From contig CAWBAT010000002.1 in NCBI GenBank assembly GCA_963786955.1, positions 1-64,000 of the forward strand: 64,000 bases of DNA, in the 5' to 3' direction. The first letter of the stretch is position 1. The number at the start of each line of letters is the position of its first letter. Shown piece after piece: positions 29,075-39,695 of this stretch. Under the pieces are notes generated by a model. It did no database searches and was not told the origin of the DNA. It saw only the letters and a program-made list of their open reading frames with translations. Both the position numbers and the translations under genes were made by a program. The DNA comes from an uncultured Acidimicrobiia bacterium (GTDB taxonomy: Bacteria; Acidobacteriota; Terriglobia; Versatilivoradales; Versatilivoraceae).

Positions 29075-31945
29075 ATGGACCGATATCCCTCATTGCTTCA
29101 GACCACACGAAACCTGCATTCCATAAAAGTCGCCCGGGCCGGTATGATCTTTGGCCTGCTTCTTCTCACTTTTCCAAATCGGTTGGCATTCGGAGATCCA
29201 CAGACCCAACCAAAGCCATCAGCCACCAGCTCGGGGCCAACAAGCGAAAAAAAAGTGAAGATCATTGGACCGTTCGTGTCCCGGGAAGATTTGGATGAAT
29301 ATACGAAAGTTGTCTTAAAAAACGGATTAACCGCGGTTATTTTCGAACGCCAGGATGTCCCTTTGGCGGCAATTACAGTCTATGTCAAAGCCGGCATTCA
29401 AAATGAGTCGCAATCTCAAAAAGGTGCGGCAAACCGGGTAATGCAAAGTGTATGCTTCGGAGGAAGAAACTCCACCCATCGCCCAGCAAGCCTAGAAATC
29501 AGCCAATTCGGTGGCTTTATCGAAAGCAATTGTTCGACGGAATATACACAATACTCCGTGGTGATTCCTTCAAATTCGTTTCGGAAGGGAATGGAGTTGG
29601 AAGCCGATGCGCTTCGCTCTCCTGACTTCAGCGAACGGATGATTCCTGAAGGGAGCGCTCTTTCCTTGTTCTTGAACTGCGAAACCTTAGACTCCCCGAG
29701 AAGGTACGGCCTGGAGAGGCTGAACCGGTTCATGTTGCCGCTGACTCCGGGATGGGAAACAGGATTTTGTGAAGGGGGTCAATCCGCCTCTTGGGCATCC
29801 GTTGACTTGCAGAGTTTCTATGAGCAATGGTACGCGCCAGGAAATATTATCGTGGTGATTTGCGGCAGTGTCGATCGCCGGCAAGCCCTGGAAGAGCTGG
29901 TCAGAGACTATGGAGACATGGTTCCCACTCGCATAGCCTCGGTCAGCCTTCCTCCCGAGCCGCCCCAAACCATTATTCGTTCTTTGCAGATTCAAGGCAA
30001 GTCCGAGCAAGCCCTGGCCTTTGTCGGCTTTCAGGGGCCACGTCCATATTCGAGTGACTGGTATGCCTGTAATTTGCTTCAAGCGATTCTTGCAGAAGGC
30101 AACGGCTCAAAATTGAACTATGAATTAAGGAATAATGGAGGACCCGCGAGTTCTCTTTCTTATCAGTCTCTAGAACTGCGGCAGCAAACAGGGTTTAGTT
30201 TTTCCATTGCGACGTCAGCCCGGCAGATTGAAGCGGTCGAAGCCGCCTTATTCATCGAGTTCCAGAAGATCAAGAATGGGCAATTGGAGGATGCCGATAT
30301 TGAGCGCGCCAAAAATCTAGTAGAACGGCGTTTTTATCTGGACCAGGAAGATATTGTCAATCAAAGCAAGCAACTCGCCCGCTTCGAAGACATTGCCCGG
30401 TTTTCAGAATGGAAAGGCTTCATCGGAAAAATTCGAAGCGTCTCTCGCAACGAAATCATTCAGGCGGCACGTCAGTATTTTTTGTTAAGCAGAGCAAACC
30501 TTGTGGAATTTCTTCCTGCTGGCGTTCCGCTTCGGGAAATGACCCAGGCTGACCTCCAGAAAACCTTGGAAATGGCAGTCCGTGCAAAAGTCCAAGAATC
30601 GCAGATTATGGAGCCCCTGGACTCGAAAAAGCTAAAAACGGCAAAGACCCCAAACAAAGATATGGGTCTCTTCTATAGAAAATCTTCAGGCGAGCTAACC
30701 TCAGCATGGGTAAGCCACGAGTTGACTACCTACAAAGTCTTGCATGGCCCTGAGGTCCTCGTTAAGCAGAGCCAGGCTCTGCCAATCATCTCTTTGGGAA
30801 TTTTCTTTCCCGGGGGCAGGGCTTTTGAGAATGAGGGAAATGGGGGCATTACCGAACTCATGCTACGAGCTTCCACCCGGGAAACGATGAGTCTCAGTCC
30901 TATCCAAATCGCCACGGAGATTGAATCCTATGGCGCAGAACTAGAAACAGTCGTGGGCCGAGACTCGTTCGGCTACGTTTTGACCGGAACCAAATCCGAC
31001 TTTGAGAAGACGTTGAATGTCATTGCTTCTATTCTCAACGAACCTCGATTCACCCAAACGCAAATTGAATTTGAAAAACGACAGCTCAGCTTCGAAATGG
31101 CGGCCGTTGATGACAATATGGAAGAAATGGCGCGACAGCTATTCTTCGAAGCACTCTTTGATAAGAGAGCTTATGGGATGCCGCCCATGGGGACCGTCGA
31201 GTCCATGAAGAAGATTGAGCTTTCGGACGTCACCGAATGGCACCGTCTCTGGGTGAAGAGCGTCAGACCGATTCTTGTCATTGCCGGTGATACCGACGGA
31301 AGTGAAATTGTTTCATTGCTCTCCGCCAAGTTGGGCTTATCAGGGAAATTTCCAATCGAGTTACCTAAACAAGGTCCGATGAAGCCTCCAGAACCTGGAA
31401 AAGAAAACATCATGTTCCAATCGAAACACCATTCGGCCCTTGTTTTTGGGGCACTGACTCCGCCTGCCAGTTCGCAACTTCTCCTTTCCACGACGATCGC
31501 TATGGAACTGTTGTCAGGCCCCGGCAGCGGATTAGTGGAAGGATTGCGAAAGGCCCATGTCTGGCCCGCAATTGTAGACACTCGTTATGAACCGGGATGG
31601 GTGGGTGGTTCCTTGGCCATTCGCGTCTCAACTCTGCCGGATCTGAGGAATAAAATCCTGGAAAGGGTCGATGGCCAACTACAATCGTTGCAGAGTCGAT
31701 CCATTCCTGACACCGACTGCAAAAGAGCCATTGCTTTGGCGTCTACGCGTAAAATCAGGCGCTGGCAACATCGAAACACTCAAGTCATCGATTACGCACA
31801 ATTCAAGAATTTCGGCATGGAAATGGAAGAACTTCGAAACTTCTTGGCTCTGCTCAGTAACCTTGGGGGAAGTGATATTGATGAGGCGATCAAAAGTATC
31901 GGTCCGCGTTGTCAGGTAATCGCTGGAATCGAAGGAAAGCCTTAG
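29075..31945 (+). CDS. M16 (pitrilysin/PqqL-like) peptidase homolog, probably inactive
   Basis: Two M16 halves (LKNGLT, WYAPGNIIVVICG, YGMPPMGT) with no HxxEH motif. Confidence 0.85.
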   Translation: MDRYPSLLQTTRNLHSIKVARAGMIFGLLLLTFPNRLAFGDPQTQPKPSATSSGPTSEKKVKIIGPFVSREDLDEYTKVVLKNGLTAVIFERQDVPLAAITVYVKAGIQNESQSQKGAANRVMQSVCFGGRNSTHRPASLEISQFGGFIESNCSTEYTQYSVVIPSNSFRKGMELEADALRSPDFSERMIPEGSALSLFLNCETLDSPRRYGLERLNRFMLPLTPGWETGFCEGGQSASWASVDLQSFYEQWYAPGNIIVVICGSVDRRQALEELVRDYGDMVPTRIASVSLPPEPPQTIIRSLQIQGKSEQALAFVGFQGPRPYSSDWYACNLLQAILAEGNGSKLNYELRNNGGPASSLSYQSLELRQQTGFSFSIATSARQIEAVEAALFIEFQKIKNGQLEDADIERAKNLVERRFYLDQEDIVNQSKQLARFEDIARFSEWKGFIGKIRSVSRNEIIQAARQYFLLSRANLVEFLPAGVPLREMTQADLQKTLEMAVRAKVQESQIMEPLDSKKLKTAKTPNKDMGLFYRKSSGELTSAWVSHELTTYKVLHGPEVLVKQSQALPIISLGIFFPGGRAFENEGNGGITELMLRASTRETMSLSPIQIATEIESYGAELETVVGRDSFGYVLTGTKSDFEKTLNVIASILNEPRFTQTQIEFEKRQLSFEMAAVDDNMEEMARQLFFEALFDKRAYGMPPMGTVESMKKIELSDVTEWHRLWVKSVRPILVIAGDTDGSEIVSLLSAKLGLSGKFPIELPKQGPMKPPEPGKENIMFQSKHHSALVFGALTPPASSQLLLSTTIAMELLSGPGSGLVEGLRKAHVWPAIVDTRYEPGWVGGSLAIRVSTLPDLRNKILERVDGQLQSLQSRSIPDTDCKRAIALASTRKIRRWQHRNTQVIDYAQFKNFGMEMEELRNFLALLSNLGGSDIDEAIKSIGPRCQVIAGIEGKP

Positions 31946-32071
31946 TACTGCCTTTCATAAATACGGTAGCGTTAACGCCGGGTCGGTGACCCGGCCTACA
32001 ACTTTGTAGGCCGCGTGACCCCACGCGGCGCCTATCTTAAGATACGTCACCGCAATTACGAATAGCAGTAC
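31945..32071. mobile_element. MITE with ~25-bp imperfect TIRs enclosing REP-like palindromes (copy 1)
   Basis: GTACTGCCTTTCATAAATACGGT ... ACCGCAATTACGAATAGCAGTAC, with CTTAG overlapping both ends. An inverted homolog lies at 55665-55808. Confidence 0.75.
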
Positions 32072-32280
32072 TTAGGATCATGACCTCACAAATCTCGGTC
32101 CGCAAACGAAATCATGTGCTGACAGGCAATTTCAAGAGCGGCCGACTCATTCCTAATCTATTGAAAAAAATACAGATCGAGGTATTTTGCACGATAGAGT
32201 GATTTGCTACAAAGGTGGATACACGTCAGATGGGGTTCTTCAGTCACTCACTCCGCCAATCCCTCTGCAGGAGCATATTT

Positions 32281-32540
32281 TGTGAATTACACGGCCCGAA
32301 AGGCTCTGTGCATTTGTATTTTCAGAACGCGATTGTGGAAAACTCTCATCTGGCGGGCATCTTGTTCAACGATTGCTATATATACAGAATATCGGATAAT
32401 TTATTGATAAGAGTTTGCTTCACAAAGGGTTGCATGTGTGTTCAATCCTTGTGCAATCTGCTCTTCATTTAATCTAACTAACGAGTTGGAAATAGGCGAA
32501 CCATTTTTTGCACAGGTTTTTCCACAAAAACTGTTGATAT
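32281..32540. promoter_or_regulatory. Cluster of DnaA-box-like 9-mers
   Basis: TGTGGAAAA (32334), TTTTCCACA (32518), TTTTGCACA (32506), TGTTGATAT (32532) and TGTGAATTA (32281) in an AT-rich intergenic region. Confidence 0.5.
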
Positions 32541-32732
32541 CCATTCGTAACATGAAGCCAGAAGGTATTTCTTCGAATACTTGCGCTCTCCCCTGAAAGC
32601 GGGCTTGACCCTAGGAAAGATTTATCCTGGCCCGGTAGGCATTGAGTCGTGTGACTTTATTTGCTTAACTTTCTTTATTTTGATATAGATATCGCCTCTG
32701 CCAATCGATAGAAGAGCTCTGAAACGCAAATC

Positions 32733-34088
32733 ATGCAAACTAAGAAATTCTTGATTGCGCTTGAAGTTGTCGTCGTTTTCCTAGGGTTGACCGTCTACCT
32801 GTGGTTCACCATTCAATTAACTCAAAAACAAAAGCAGGTGCAGGCACTCGACATCAGTGCCGGTCACCTAAAAAATGGGATTGATGCCTTTCTCACTGAA
32901 AAGGTCTCGATCTTGCTTCAGGTCAGAAATTTCTGGATGAATAGTTCCAGTGTCTCGCATGAACAGTTCAGCGGGTTTTGCAGGGACATCCTCAGTCAGA
33001 CTCCCGGGTTTCAAGCGATTGAATATGGAGATACAAGTAATCGCGTCGTTTGGGTTGAGCCATTCTTATCGAATGAACCCAGCGCCCAATCCAGTGTTGT
33101 GTCTGAGCCCGTTCGCTACAAGACGCTCCAGCGCGCTATTCTCAAAAGGAACGTCTCCCTTACTCCTGTACTTGATCTTTCTCCCGGGGTAAAAGGTTTC
33201 TTTGCCTATGTGCCTATTTTTAAACAGGGAAAGTACGATGGGACCGTGGTTGGGGCTTTTAAACTCGATACGTTGTTCTCGCTAGTATTTGATTCTGTCG
33301 TTCGACAGAAATATAACATTCTGGTTCAAGACGGCGAGAGGCAGATCTACGCCGACTTTAACGCCAAACAGCCATGGAACAGGTCCCACTTTCTTGCCAG
33401 ACTGACGATTACGATGCCGGATCAGACTTGGGGACTCTTGGTCTGGCCGAGGGAAGCTGATGCAGAATTCAGTTTCATTGGGAGTGCGATATTAATTCTC
33501 GGCATTGCTCTATCGTTTGCCTTAGGAACATTAGTTTGGGCCCTATCAAGCAGGACGGAACAATCGGACTTGTATTCCGAATTCCTGGAATGCTCCGCTC
33601 ATATTAAGGTGGCCGCTGAATTGGAGGGCGTTTATCGGGTGGTTGGCGATTCCTGCAAGCGCATCTTTGCAGTTCGGCAGGTGGGGTTCTTTGCCGCGAA
33701 CGATAAGCAAAAGCGATTTGAACCTGCCTGGTATTCCGGGGGCGATGAATCCAAAACGAGGCGTTTTTTTGATTTACAGATGCACTATGGGTCTGTACCA
33801 CTTCTAAATAAAATGGAAAAAGAGGGGAAAGGCTTTTGCTTGGAGCGGGGAGGAGAGCAAAGAGAATTGGGCTCCGAGCTCCTGCAAATGTTTGAGGCTG
33901 AGAACTTGGCTGTGATGCCGATGCTGCATCGAGGAGAGCTAAGAGGCCTGATGATACTTGATTATCCCCAGAAGTACCGCCTATCCGATGGCGAATTTTC
34001 CGTGCTTGAGGCGATGGCGTCTGAAGTCGCTCTTGTCATTGAGAATTTCCGTCTCACTTCTGAACGACAGGCGTATGCGGATCTTTAG
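32733..34088 (+). CDS. CHASE plus GAF membrane sensor without output domain
   Basis: TM, CHASE-like region (LQRAI...LTPVLDL..GVKGFFAYVPIF), TM, then GAF (LAVMPML.RGELRGLMIL...IENFRL) and a stop. Confidence 0.75.
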   Translation: MQTKKFLIALEVVVVFLGLTVYLWFTIQLTQKQKQVQALDISAGHLKNGIDAFLTEKVSILLQVRNFWMNSSSVSHEQFSGFCRDILSQTPGFQAIEYGDTSNRVVWVEPFLSNEPSAQSSVVSEPVRYKTLQRAILKRNVSLTPVLDLSPGVKGFFAYVPIFKQGKYDGTVVGAFKLDTLFSLVFDSVVRQKYNILVQDGERQIYADFNAKQPWNRSHFLARLTITMPDQTWGLLVWPREADAEFSFIGSAILILGIALSFALGTLVWALSSRTEQSDLYSEFLECSAHIKVAAELEGVYRVVGDSCKRIFAVRQVGFFAANDKQKRFEPAWYSGGDESKTRRFFDLQMHYGSVPLLNKMEKEGKGFCLERGGEQRELGSELLQMFEAENLAVMPMLHRGELRGLMILDYPQKYRLSDGEFSVLEAMASEVALVIENFRLTSERQAYADL

Positions 34089-34167
34089 GAGAACGAAAAT
34101 TCCTCGTATCATTCCCGTGTGCCCTTCTGCGGTGCTGATTGATTGAGATTCGTAGGAGAGAAGTAGC

Positions 34168-35373
34168 ATGGAGTTAAGAGATCAGGATCGGGTTTCACGT
34201 ATCCGAACATCCCTGCAACGGGCTCAGCTTGATGCCCTTATCCTTTTTCATCCCGAGAACATTCTCATGGCAACTGGGATGCTTCCAGGGAGCACCCATG
34301 TGATCGCCATTGTCACGGCCGATGAAAAAGTCGTCGTGATAACCCCTTGGTGGCGTGAAACATTTGTCCGGCTGGAAAGCTGGGCTGACGAGGTTTGGAC
34401 CTTCGACTGGTGCAAGGGCTTTAATGGCGTAGAGCCTGTTTCATCTATCCAAAACTTCCTCAAGCAGGCCCGCGGGGAATTGAAACTTGAAAAAATTGGG
34501 TACGATGCAAAGATGCATCATTATAGCCCGAACCAGTTACCTTCGGAATCCTTCACCTATGATGAGATCAAAGCGTCACTTCCCGGCATCTTCGCTTCGG
34601 CTGGGAATGCTACTGAGATTATTAACCAACTGAAAACGATCAAGACAGAACGCGAGATCGCCAAGCTTCGGCTCACAAACAAAGTGGCAGGAACCGGAGT
34701 AAGGGCCTTTTATAATTATGCCCGAGAAGGGGTTCGAGAAACCGACTTGGCAGCAGAAGTAAACTATGCTGTTCTGAAGATGGCGGGCCAGCAAGGTATT
34801 CGCTCTACATATTGTGATCCACCGCAAATCATGTCTGGGCCAGAGAGAACCTCGATTGCCGATACTATGTCCAACCACGCCACAGAGCGTATCCTTCAAC
34901 AAGGAGACCCCGTGATACTGGAATTTGGAGTGCACGCGAATGGTTACTGGGCCGATATCACTCGCAGCTTGGTCGTAGGAGGGCCGACGGATCGTGCGTT
35001 GTCGGTCCATGAAGCCATACTTGCCGCCCAACGGAATGCCATCGCGTGTTACCGGCCCCGGAAAAGCACCGGAGATGAGTTGTGCCGCGCTGCCTGGGAA
35101 ACGATGCGAGAAAGAGGATTTGGGCAAGGGATCACGCATTTTCTCGGACATGGGCTGGGGTTTGCATACCATGAAGATCGTCCTGTCCTAGGTCCAGGAG
35201 AAACCGCCCTCGTCATGCCTGGGCAAGTCACATCCATAGAGCCGGGGTTATATTGGCGGAATGGGAGTGAATTGATTGGCGGAATGCGCGTTGAAGACAA
35301 CGTCGTCTGGGGTGAGGCCGATGGGCAAGCGGAGGTTCTGTCAGACTTTTACAGAGGTCTGAGCCACCCTTGA
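34168..35373 (+). CDS. Xaa-Pro peptidase family (M24B)
   Basis: YWADITRS, HFLGHGLG..YHE, SIEPG and GMRVED. Confidence 0.9.
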   Translation: MELRDQDRVSRIRTSLQRAQLDALILFHPENILMATGMLPGSTHVIAIVTADEKVVVITPWWRETFVRLESWADEVWTFDWCKGFNGVEPVSSIQNFLKQARGELKLEKIGYDAKMHHYSPNQLPSESFTYDEIKASLPGIFASAGNATEIINQLKTIKTEREIAKLRLTNKVAGTGVRAFYNYAREGVRETDLAAEVNYAVLKMAGQQGIRSTYCDPPQIMSGPERTSIADTMSNHATERILQQGDPVILEFGVHANGYWADITRSLVVGGPTDRALSVHEAILAAQRNAIACYRPRKSTGDELCRAAWETMRERGFGQGITHFLGHGLGFAYHEDRPVLGPGETALVMPGQVTSIEPGLYWRNGSELIGGMRVEDNVVWGEADGQAEVLSDFYRGLSHP

Positions 35374-35552
35374 ATCGTCAGTTCCACCTGATTTCGTTTG
35401 CAACGACTTCCTGGATTACCCGATGAATCGATTTCATGAGTTGAAAGGATTCGTTACATGCCGTTGGAATCAAGTTTCGAGAAGAGAGCCACTCCTGGAA
35501 TTCCTTGACCAAAATCAGCTCGAAATGATACAAGAAATCGACCAGTAGTACG

Positions 35553-35628
35553 GGGCGAGTAGCTCAGTTGGGAGAGCGCGGCGTTCGCAACGCCGAGGTC
35601 GAGGGTTCGATCCCCTTCTCGTCCACCA
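35553..35628 (+). tRNA. tRNA-Ala (CGC)
   Basis: 76-nt cloverleaf: acceptor GGGCGAG/CTCGTCC with G3:U70, anticodon loop TT-CGC-AA, GGTTCGA T-arm and encoded CCA. Confidence 0.97.
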
Positions 35629-35633
35629 TCCGC

Positions 35634-37745
35634 TCACGTTGGCGGCGACCGACTGAGGAGACTCTTTAGCTCCTCCTTGGAATCGACCGGTGCCCTGCAG
35701 GTGTAATTCTCGCATACATAAACCGCGGGCTTTCCGCCCACGAGCGTTTTTCCTTCCAGCAACGGAAATAGGTTCGTCTTTGCCGATACTTTCCCAGCGG
35801 AAAAGGCGAGGACTTTGTTGGGCAGAAATTCCTGAAAGATAGCGCTCAACAATTCTCGGGTTCTGGGGTCTCCCATTTCTCCAACCAGGGCAAACTCTTT
35901 GACCGGACCGACGAGAAAATCAACGCCGAGCAACAGATACCCAAACCCTCCAGGATAATGAGTCAAAGCCGCAGCCATCGTATCCAAAACAGATTGTGCG
36001 ATTTCTCGATAGCGCTTTTTTCCGCTTAGAACAGAAAACCGGAGGAGGTTGATCACGGCAACTGAATTTCCCGCAGGGGTCGCATTATCGTAATAATCTT
36101 TCACGCGAGTAATGAGACGTTCATGGTCTTTCCCCGCTAATGAAAAACTGGACTCGTTCGGATCCCAGAACTGCTCAAGCAGTAAATCGGTCAAGACTTC
36201 GGCCGGCTCTATCCAGTTCGACTCTCCTGTGACTTCGTAAAGCGTGAGTAGGCCTTCAATCAGATTAGCATAGTCTTCAAGATAGCCGGGTATCTTTGCC
36301 TGTCCATCTTTATAGACCCGGAGGAGCTTTCCATCCCTCCGCATGCGCTGAAGGATGAAGTGAGCATTTTCTCGCGCGGTTTTTAAGAAGTCTTCCCGTT
36401 CCAGGATTCGTCCGGCGAGTGCGAAACCCGCGAGCATCAACCCATTCCAACTCGTCAGAATTTTCTCATCCCGGCCGGGCTTGACTCTTTTTTCTCGCTC
36501 AACCAGCAATCGTCTCCGTCCCTCCTCGAGCTTTGCATTCAGTTCTTCAACGGAAATTCCCGCTTCTTGGGCCACATCTTTGCGAGCGTGGGGGGTATTC
36601 AAGATGTTTTTTGCCTCAAAATTCCCTCCCTGAGTCACATCATAGAAGGAACAAAATAGGTGCCCCAACTCATTCCCCAAGATCATCATCATTTCGTCTG
36701 GGGTCCATACAAAGTACCTGCCCTCTTCACCCTCGCTATCGGCATCCTGGCTGGAATAGAACCCGCCTGTAGGGTCTGTCATCTCCCGTTGAACGTATTC
36801 CAAAATCTCTACCACGATTTTCTTGTAGCTTTCTTCCCCCGTGAATTGATAAGCCTCAAGATAGACCCGGCTCAATAAGGCATTGTCATAGAGCATCTTC
36901 TCGAAGTGAGGAACCAGCCAGTGATCGTCCACGGAATAGCGATGAAAACCTCCGCCAATCTGGTCATACATCCCTCCTGAAGCCATTTTGTCCAGAGTCA
37001 GTTTTACGAAATCCAACGCCGCAGGTTGGCCTGTTCGGAGGTAATATCGCAGGCAGAAAGCCAGATTCATGGAAGGCGGAAACTTTGGTGCCCCCGCGAA
37101 GCCCCCGTTCACCCAATCGAATCGCTCGGAAAGCTGTTGAAAAGCTAGGTTAAGGGTTTCGATACCATTCAATGCCCGCCCTTCTGGCAGCTTATTCATC
37201 TTCTGCAGTGCTTCGACGATTTCGGGACCCGAGGCGGTGATTTCATTTTTGCGAGTGCGGTAAGCCTGACTGACCGCTGAACAGAGCCGGGTGAACCCGG
37301 GACGCCCGTAACGATCGTCCGGAGGGAAATAGGTCCCGCCAAAAAAGGGAATTTGGTCGGGGGTTAAGAAAACAGTCATGGGCCAGCCCCCGCTGCCAGT
37401 AGTCATCTGCACGTAACCCATGTAGATGGAATCCAGGTCTGGGCGTTCTTCCCGGTCCACCTTGATGTTGACGAAGAATTCATTCATCAATCCAGCGATG
37501 GATTCATTTTCGAATGATTCTCGCTCCATGACATGGCACCAGTGACAAGCAGAGTAGCCGATGCTTAACAATATGGGTTTGTCCGATCGGCGGGCCGTTT
37601 CTAAAGCTTCTGTCCCCCAGGGATACCAGTCGACTGGGTTATGCGCATGCTGTCGAAGATAGGGGCTGGTCTCATCGATCAAACGATTTGTAAACTGAGG
37701 TTTGCTGCCGGCTGGGGGAGAGTGGGTCACGTGTTTTCCCTTCAA
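35634..37745 (-). CDS. Thioredoxin-domain protein, YyaL/SSP411 family
   Basis: [33 protein letters not shown] and [12 protein letters not shown]. Confidence 0.95.
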   Translation of the reverse strand: MKGKHVTHSPPAGSKPQFTNRLIDETSPYLRQHAHNPVDWYPWGTEALETARRSDKPILLSIGYSACHWCHVMERESFENESIAGLMNEFFVNIKVDREERPDLDSIYMGYVQMTTGSGGWPMTVFLTPDQIPFFGGTYFPPDDRYGRPGFTRLCSAVSQAYRTRKNEITASGPEIVEALQKMNKLPEGRALNGIETLNLAFQQLSERFDWVNGGFAGAPKFPPSMNLAFCLRYYLRTGQPAALDFVKLTLDKMASGGMYDQIGGGFHRYSVDDHWLVPHFEKMLYDNALLSRVYLEAYQFTGEESYKKIVVEILEYVQREMTDPTGGFYSSQDADSEGEEGRYFVWTPDEMMMILGNELGHLFCSFYDVTQGGNFEAKNILNTPHARKDVAQEAGISVEELNAKLEEGRRRLLVEREKRVKPGRDEKILTSWNGLMLAGFALAGRILEREDFLKTARENAHFILQRMRRDGKLLRVYKDGQAKIPGYLEDYANLIEGLLTLYEVTGESNWIEPAEVLTDLLLEQFWDPNESSFSLAGKDHERLITRVKDYYDNATPAGNSVAVINLLRFSVLSGKKRYREIAQSVLDTMAAALTHYPGGFGYLLLGVDFLVGPVKEFALVGEMGDPRTRELLSAIFQEFLPNKVLAFSAGKVSAKTNLFPLLEGKTLVGGKPAVYVCENYTCRAPVDSKEELKSLLSRSPPT

Positions 37746-37880
37746 GCTTTAACTGAGAACTCTTAGCAACTTAACGTGAATTCAGAGCGCGGTCAAACGA
37801 AACCCTCCAACGATGCACTGGACTTTAATTGCGTTAATATTTAATGTGTAGAGCGGAAGATGAATCTTTCGAATGAGGGC

Positions 37881-38663
37881 ATGATGAATAACGACAAAAT
37901 TAAGATTGCAGGTCGAGAGTTTCGTTCGCGGCTCATGGTCGGTACTGGAAAATATGCGACATTGGGGCAGATGGCCCAAGCGTTGGAGGCTTCCGGAGCG
38001 GAGGTCGTTACGGTTGCGGTACGCCGGGTTAATGTGTCGGATCGAAATAAAGAATCCTTGTTGGATTCAATTGATTCCAAGAAGTACTTCATTCTGCCGA
38101 ATACGGCGGGCTGTTATTCAGCCGATGAAGCCGTACGGACGGCACGTTTAGCCAGAGAAGTCGGGCTTTCCAATTGGGTTAAACTGGAAGTCATCGGAGA
38201 TGAAAGGACACTATTTCCTGACAATGTTGGCCTTTTGAAAGCCACTGAAATCTTGGTCAAAGAGGGGTTCGTCGTGTTGCCCTACACCAATGATGACATT
38301 GTCACAGCTAGGCGCTTGATTGAGGCTGGAGCGGCGGCGGTCATGCCATTGGGTGCACCTATTGGCTCTGGCATGGGAATTCAAAACTTGACCAATATCC
38401 GGATTCTTCGCGAGATGATTCAAGATGTCCCTTTGATCGTTGATGCCGGAGTAGGGACGGCTTCCGATGCGACCATCGCCATGGAACTGGGGGTTGATGG
38501 CATTCTCATGAATACCGGTATTGCGCTGGCGCAAGATCCTGTGGCCATGGCCGAGGCGATGAATTATGGAACGCGGGCGGGTAGATTGGCGTATTTGGCA
38601 GGAAGAATTCCTAAGAAGCTTTACGCGACCGCGAGCAGTTCTCCCGAGGGCGTCGTCCGTTAG
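37881..38663 (+). CDS. thiG: Thiazole synthase
   Basis: [33 protein letters not shown] and VDAGVG. Confidence 0.97.
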   Translation: MMNNDKIKIAGREFRSRLMVGTGKYATLGQMAQALEASGAEVVTVAVRRVNVSDRNKESLLDSIDSKKYFILPNTAGCYSADEAVRTARLAREVGLSNWVKLEVIGDERTLFPDNVGLLKATEILVKEGFVVLPYTNDDIVTARRLIEAGAAAVMPLGAPIGSGMGIQNLTNIRILREMIQDVPLIVDAGVGTASDATIAMELGVDGILMNTGIALAQDPVAMAEAMNYGTRAGRLAYLAGRIPKKLYATASSSPEGVVR

Positions 38664-38701
38664 CGTTTGCGGATTCCAGTCTTCTTCCCCCTTCCGCTGA
38701 G

Positions 38702-39064
38702 CAAACCGGCCGCTCCTGACGGAGCTTTGTTTTTTACCGAACATTAGGTTCTATAGACAGGTCGCCGCGCCGCGGCCTTTCTCCTCACCCGTTTTAAAAA
38801 GCCGCAGAGTCAAAAATCGACTCCACGCTACCTTCAACGTGTTGGCTCCGATAGGAGCCTCCGGTTTATAGTAAGCAGGGGTCAGCTGTCCTGAAAGCTC
38901 CAGAGGAGCGACCTGTAAATTCCGATCCCAGCCCATCGATGCATTGGCCGACAAGCTAAAGGGTAGCCACGATTGACCAGCGATGGACTCGGATCAGCCT
39001 AACCCGCACAATCGCGCGACACAGGCCCAGGATTGGCGCAGAAAGCGCGTCAATCGTGTCTACC
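38702..39064. repeat. Cluster of REP-like units plus a 16-bp inverted repeat pair
   Basis: Four related hairpin units, mostly GCTCC-n-GGAGC (two per orientation, 38702-38916), and GGTAGCCACGATTGAC (38962) / GTCAATCGTGTCTACC (39049). Confidence 0.6.
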
Positions 39065-39152
39065 TTTGACGTTAAAAGAATTGGAATGGTCGGTGGAGAG
39101 ATCTAAAAATCGTCGCAAGCCTCGTGGAAGCGGAGTCAGGCGGGCTTTCTGC

Positions 39153-39695
39153 TCACCAATCGCTGTAAGGGGTTCCTTCAGTCGAAATGGCGTTCGAACC
39201 GCTCTTCACATCGAAGATGCCTGTTTCTGTTTGATCCGGGTACAAGGAAGAATCTTCCATCACGACCTGCCAGGTCGAGCTCGAGTTCGTAACCGGATCC
39301 TTTGGGATGCCCCTGAGATATCCTGCGCTCACGAGATCCTCCAGGGATTGCGGGGCTTTATGTTTGTCTGCTGTGTATTGATCGATCAGCGTCCGAAGTG
39401 TATGGAGGTTACTCTTGAGAACACCCTCCTTAGCACGAAGGATCGCGGAACTGGCAATAGGGATCGCGATACTGACCAGGATGGAAATCACCGTAAGGAC
39501 CATCATGAGTTCAATTAAGGTGAATCCTTTGGTCGTTAAATGACGCTTCTTCCGATTTCCACTTTGCCGCCGGATGTGACAGACCTGCTCCGAGTCAGCG
39601 CCGGCGTTGGTGGGGAGAACTTCCATTCCGCGAGATGCCACTTCAGCCAATAAGACCCTCATCATTGAACAGGATGCTCCAGTTGTTTCTACCAA
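39153..39695 (-). CDS. Type II secretion pseudopilin (GspG-like)
   Basis: KGFTLIELM prepilin motif and YLRGIPKDPVT. True start may be downstream of 39695. Confidence 0.88.
   Translation of the reverse strand: MVETTGASCSMMRVLLAEVASRGMEVLPTNAGADSEQVCHIRRQSGNRKKRHLTTKGFTLIELMMVLTVISILVSIAIPIASSAILRAKEGVLKSNLHTLRTLIDQYTADKHKAPQSLEDLVSAGYLRGIPKDPVTNSSSTWQVVMEDSSLYPDQTETGIFDVKSGSNAISTEGTPYSDW

Noticed and set aside
37746-37880. TPP riboswitch or thiS upstream of thiG
   Set aside because: The short divergent intergenic region has no recognisable TPP aptamer core and no room for thiS.
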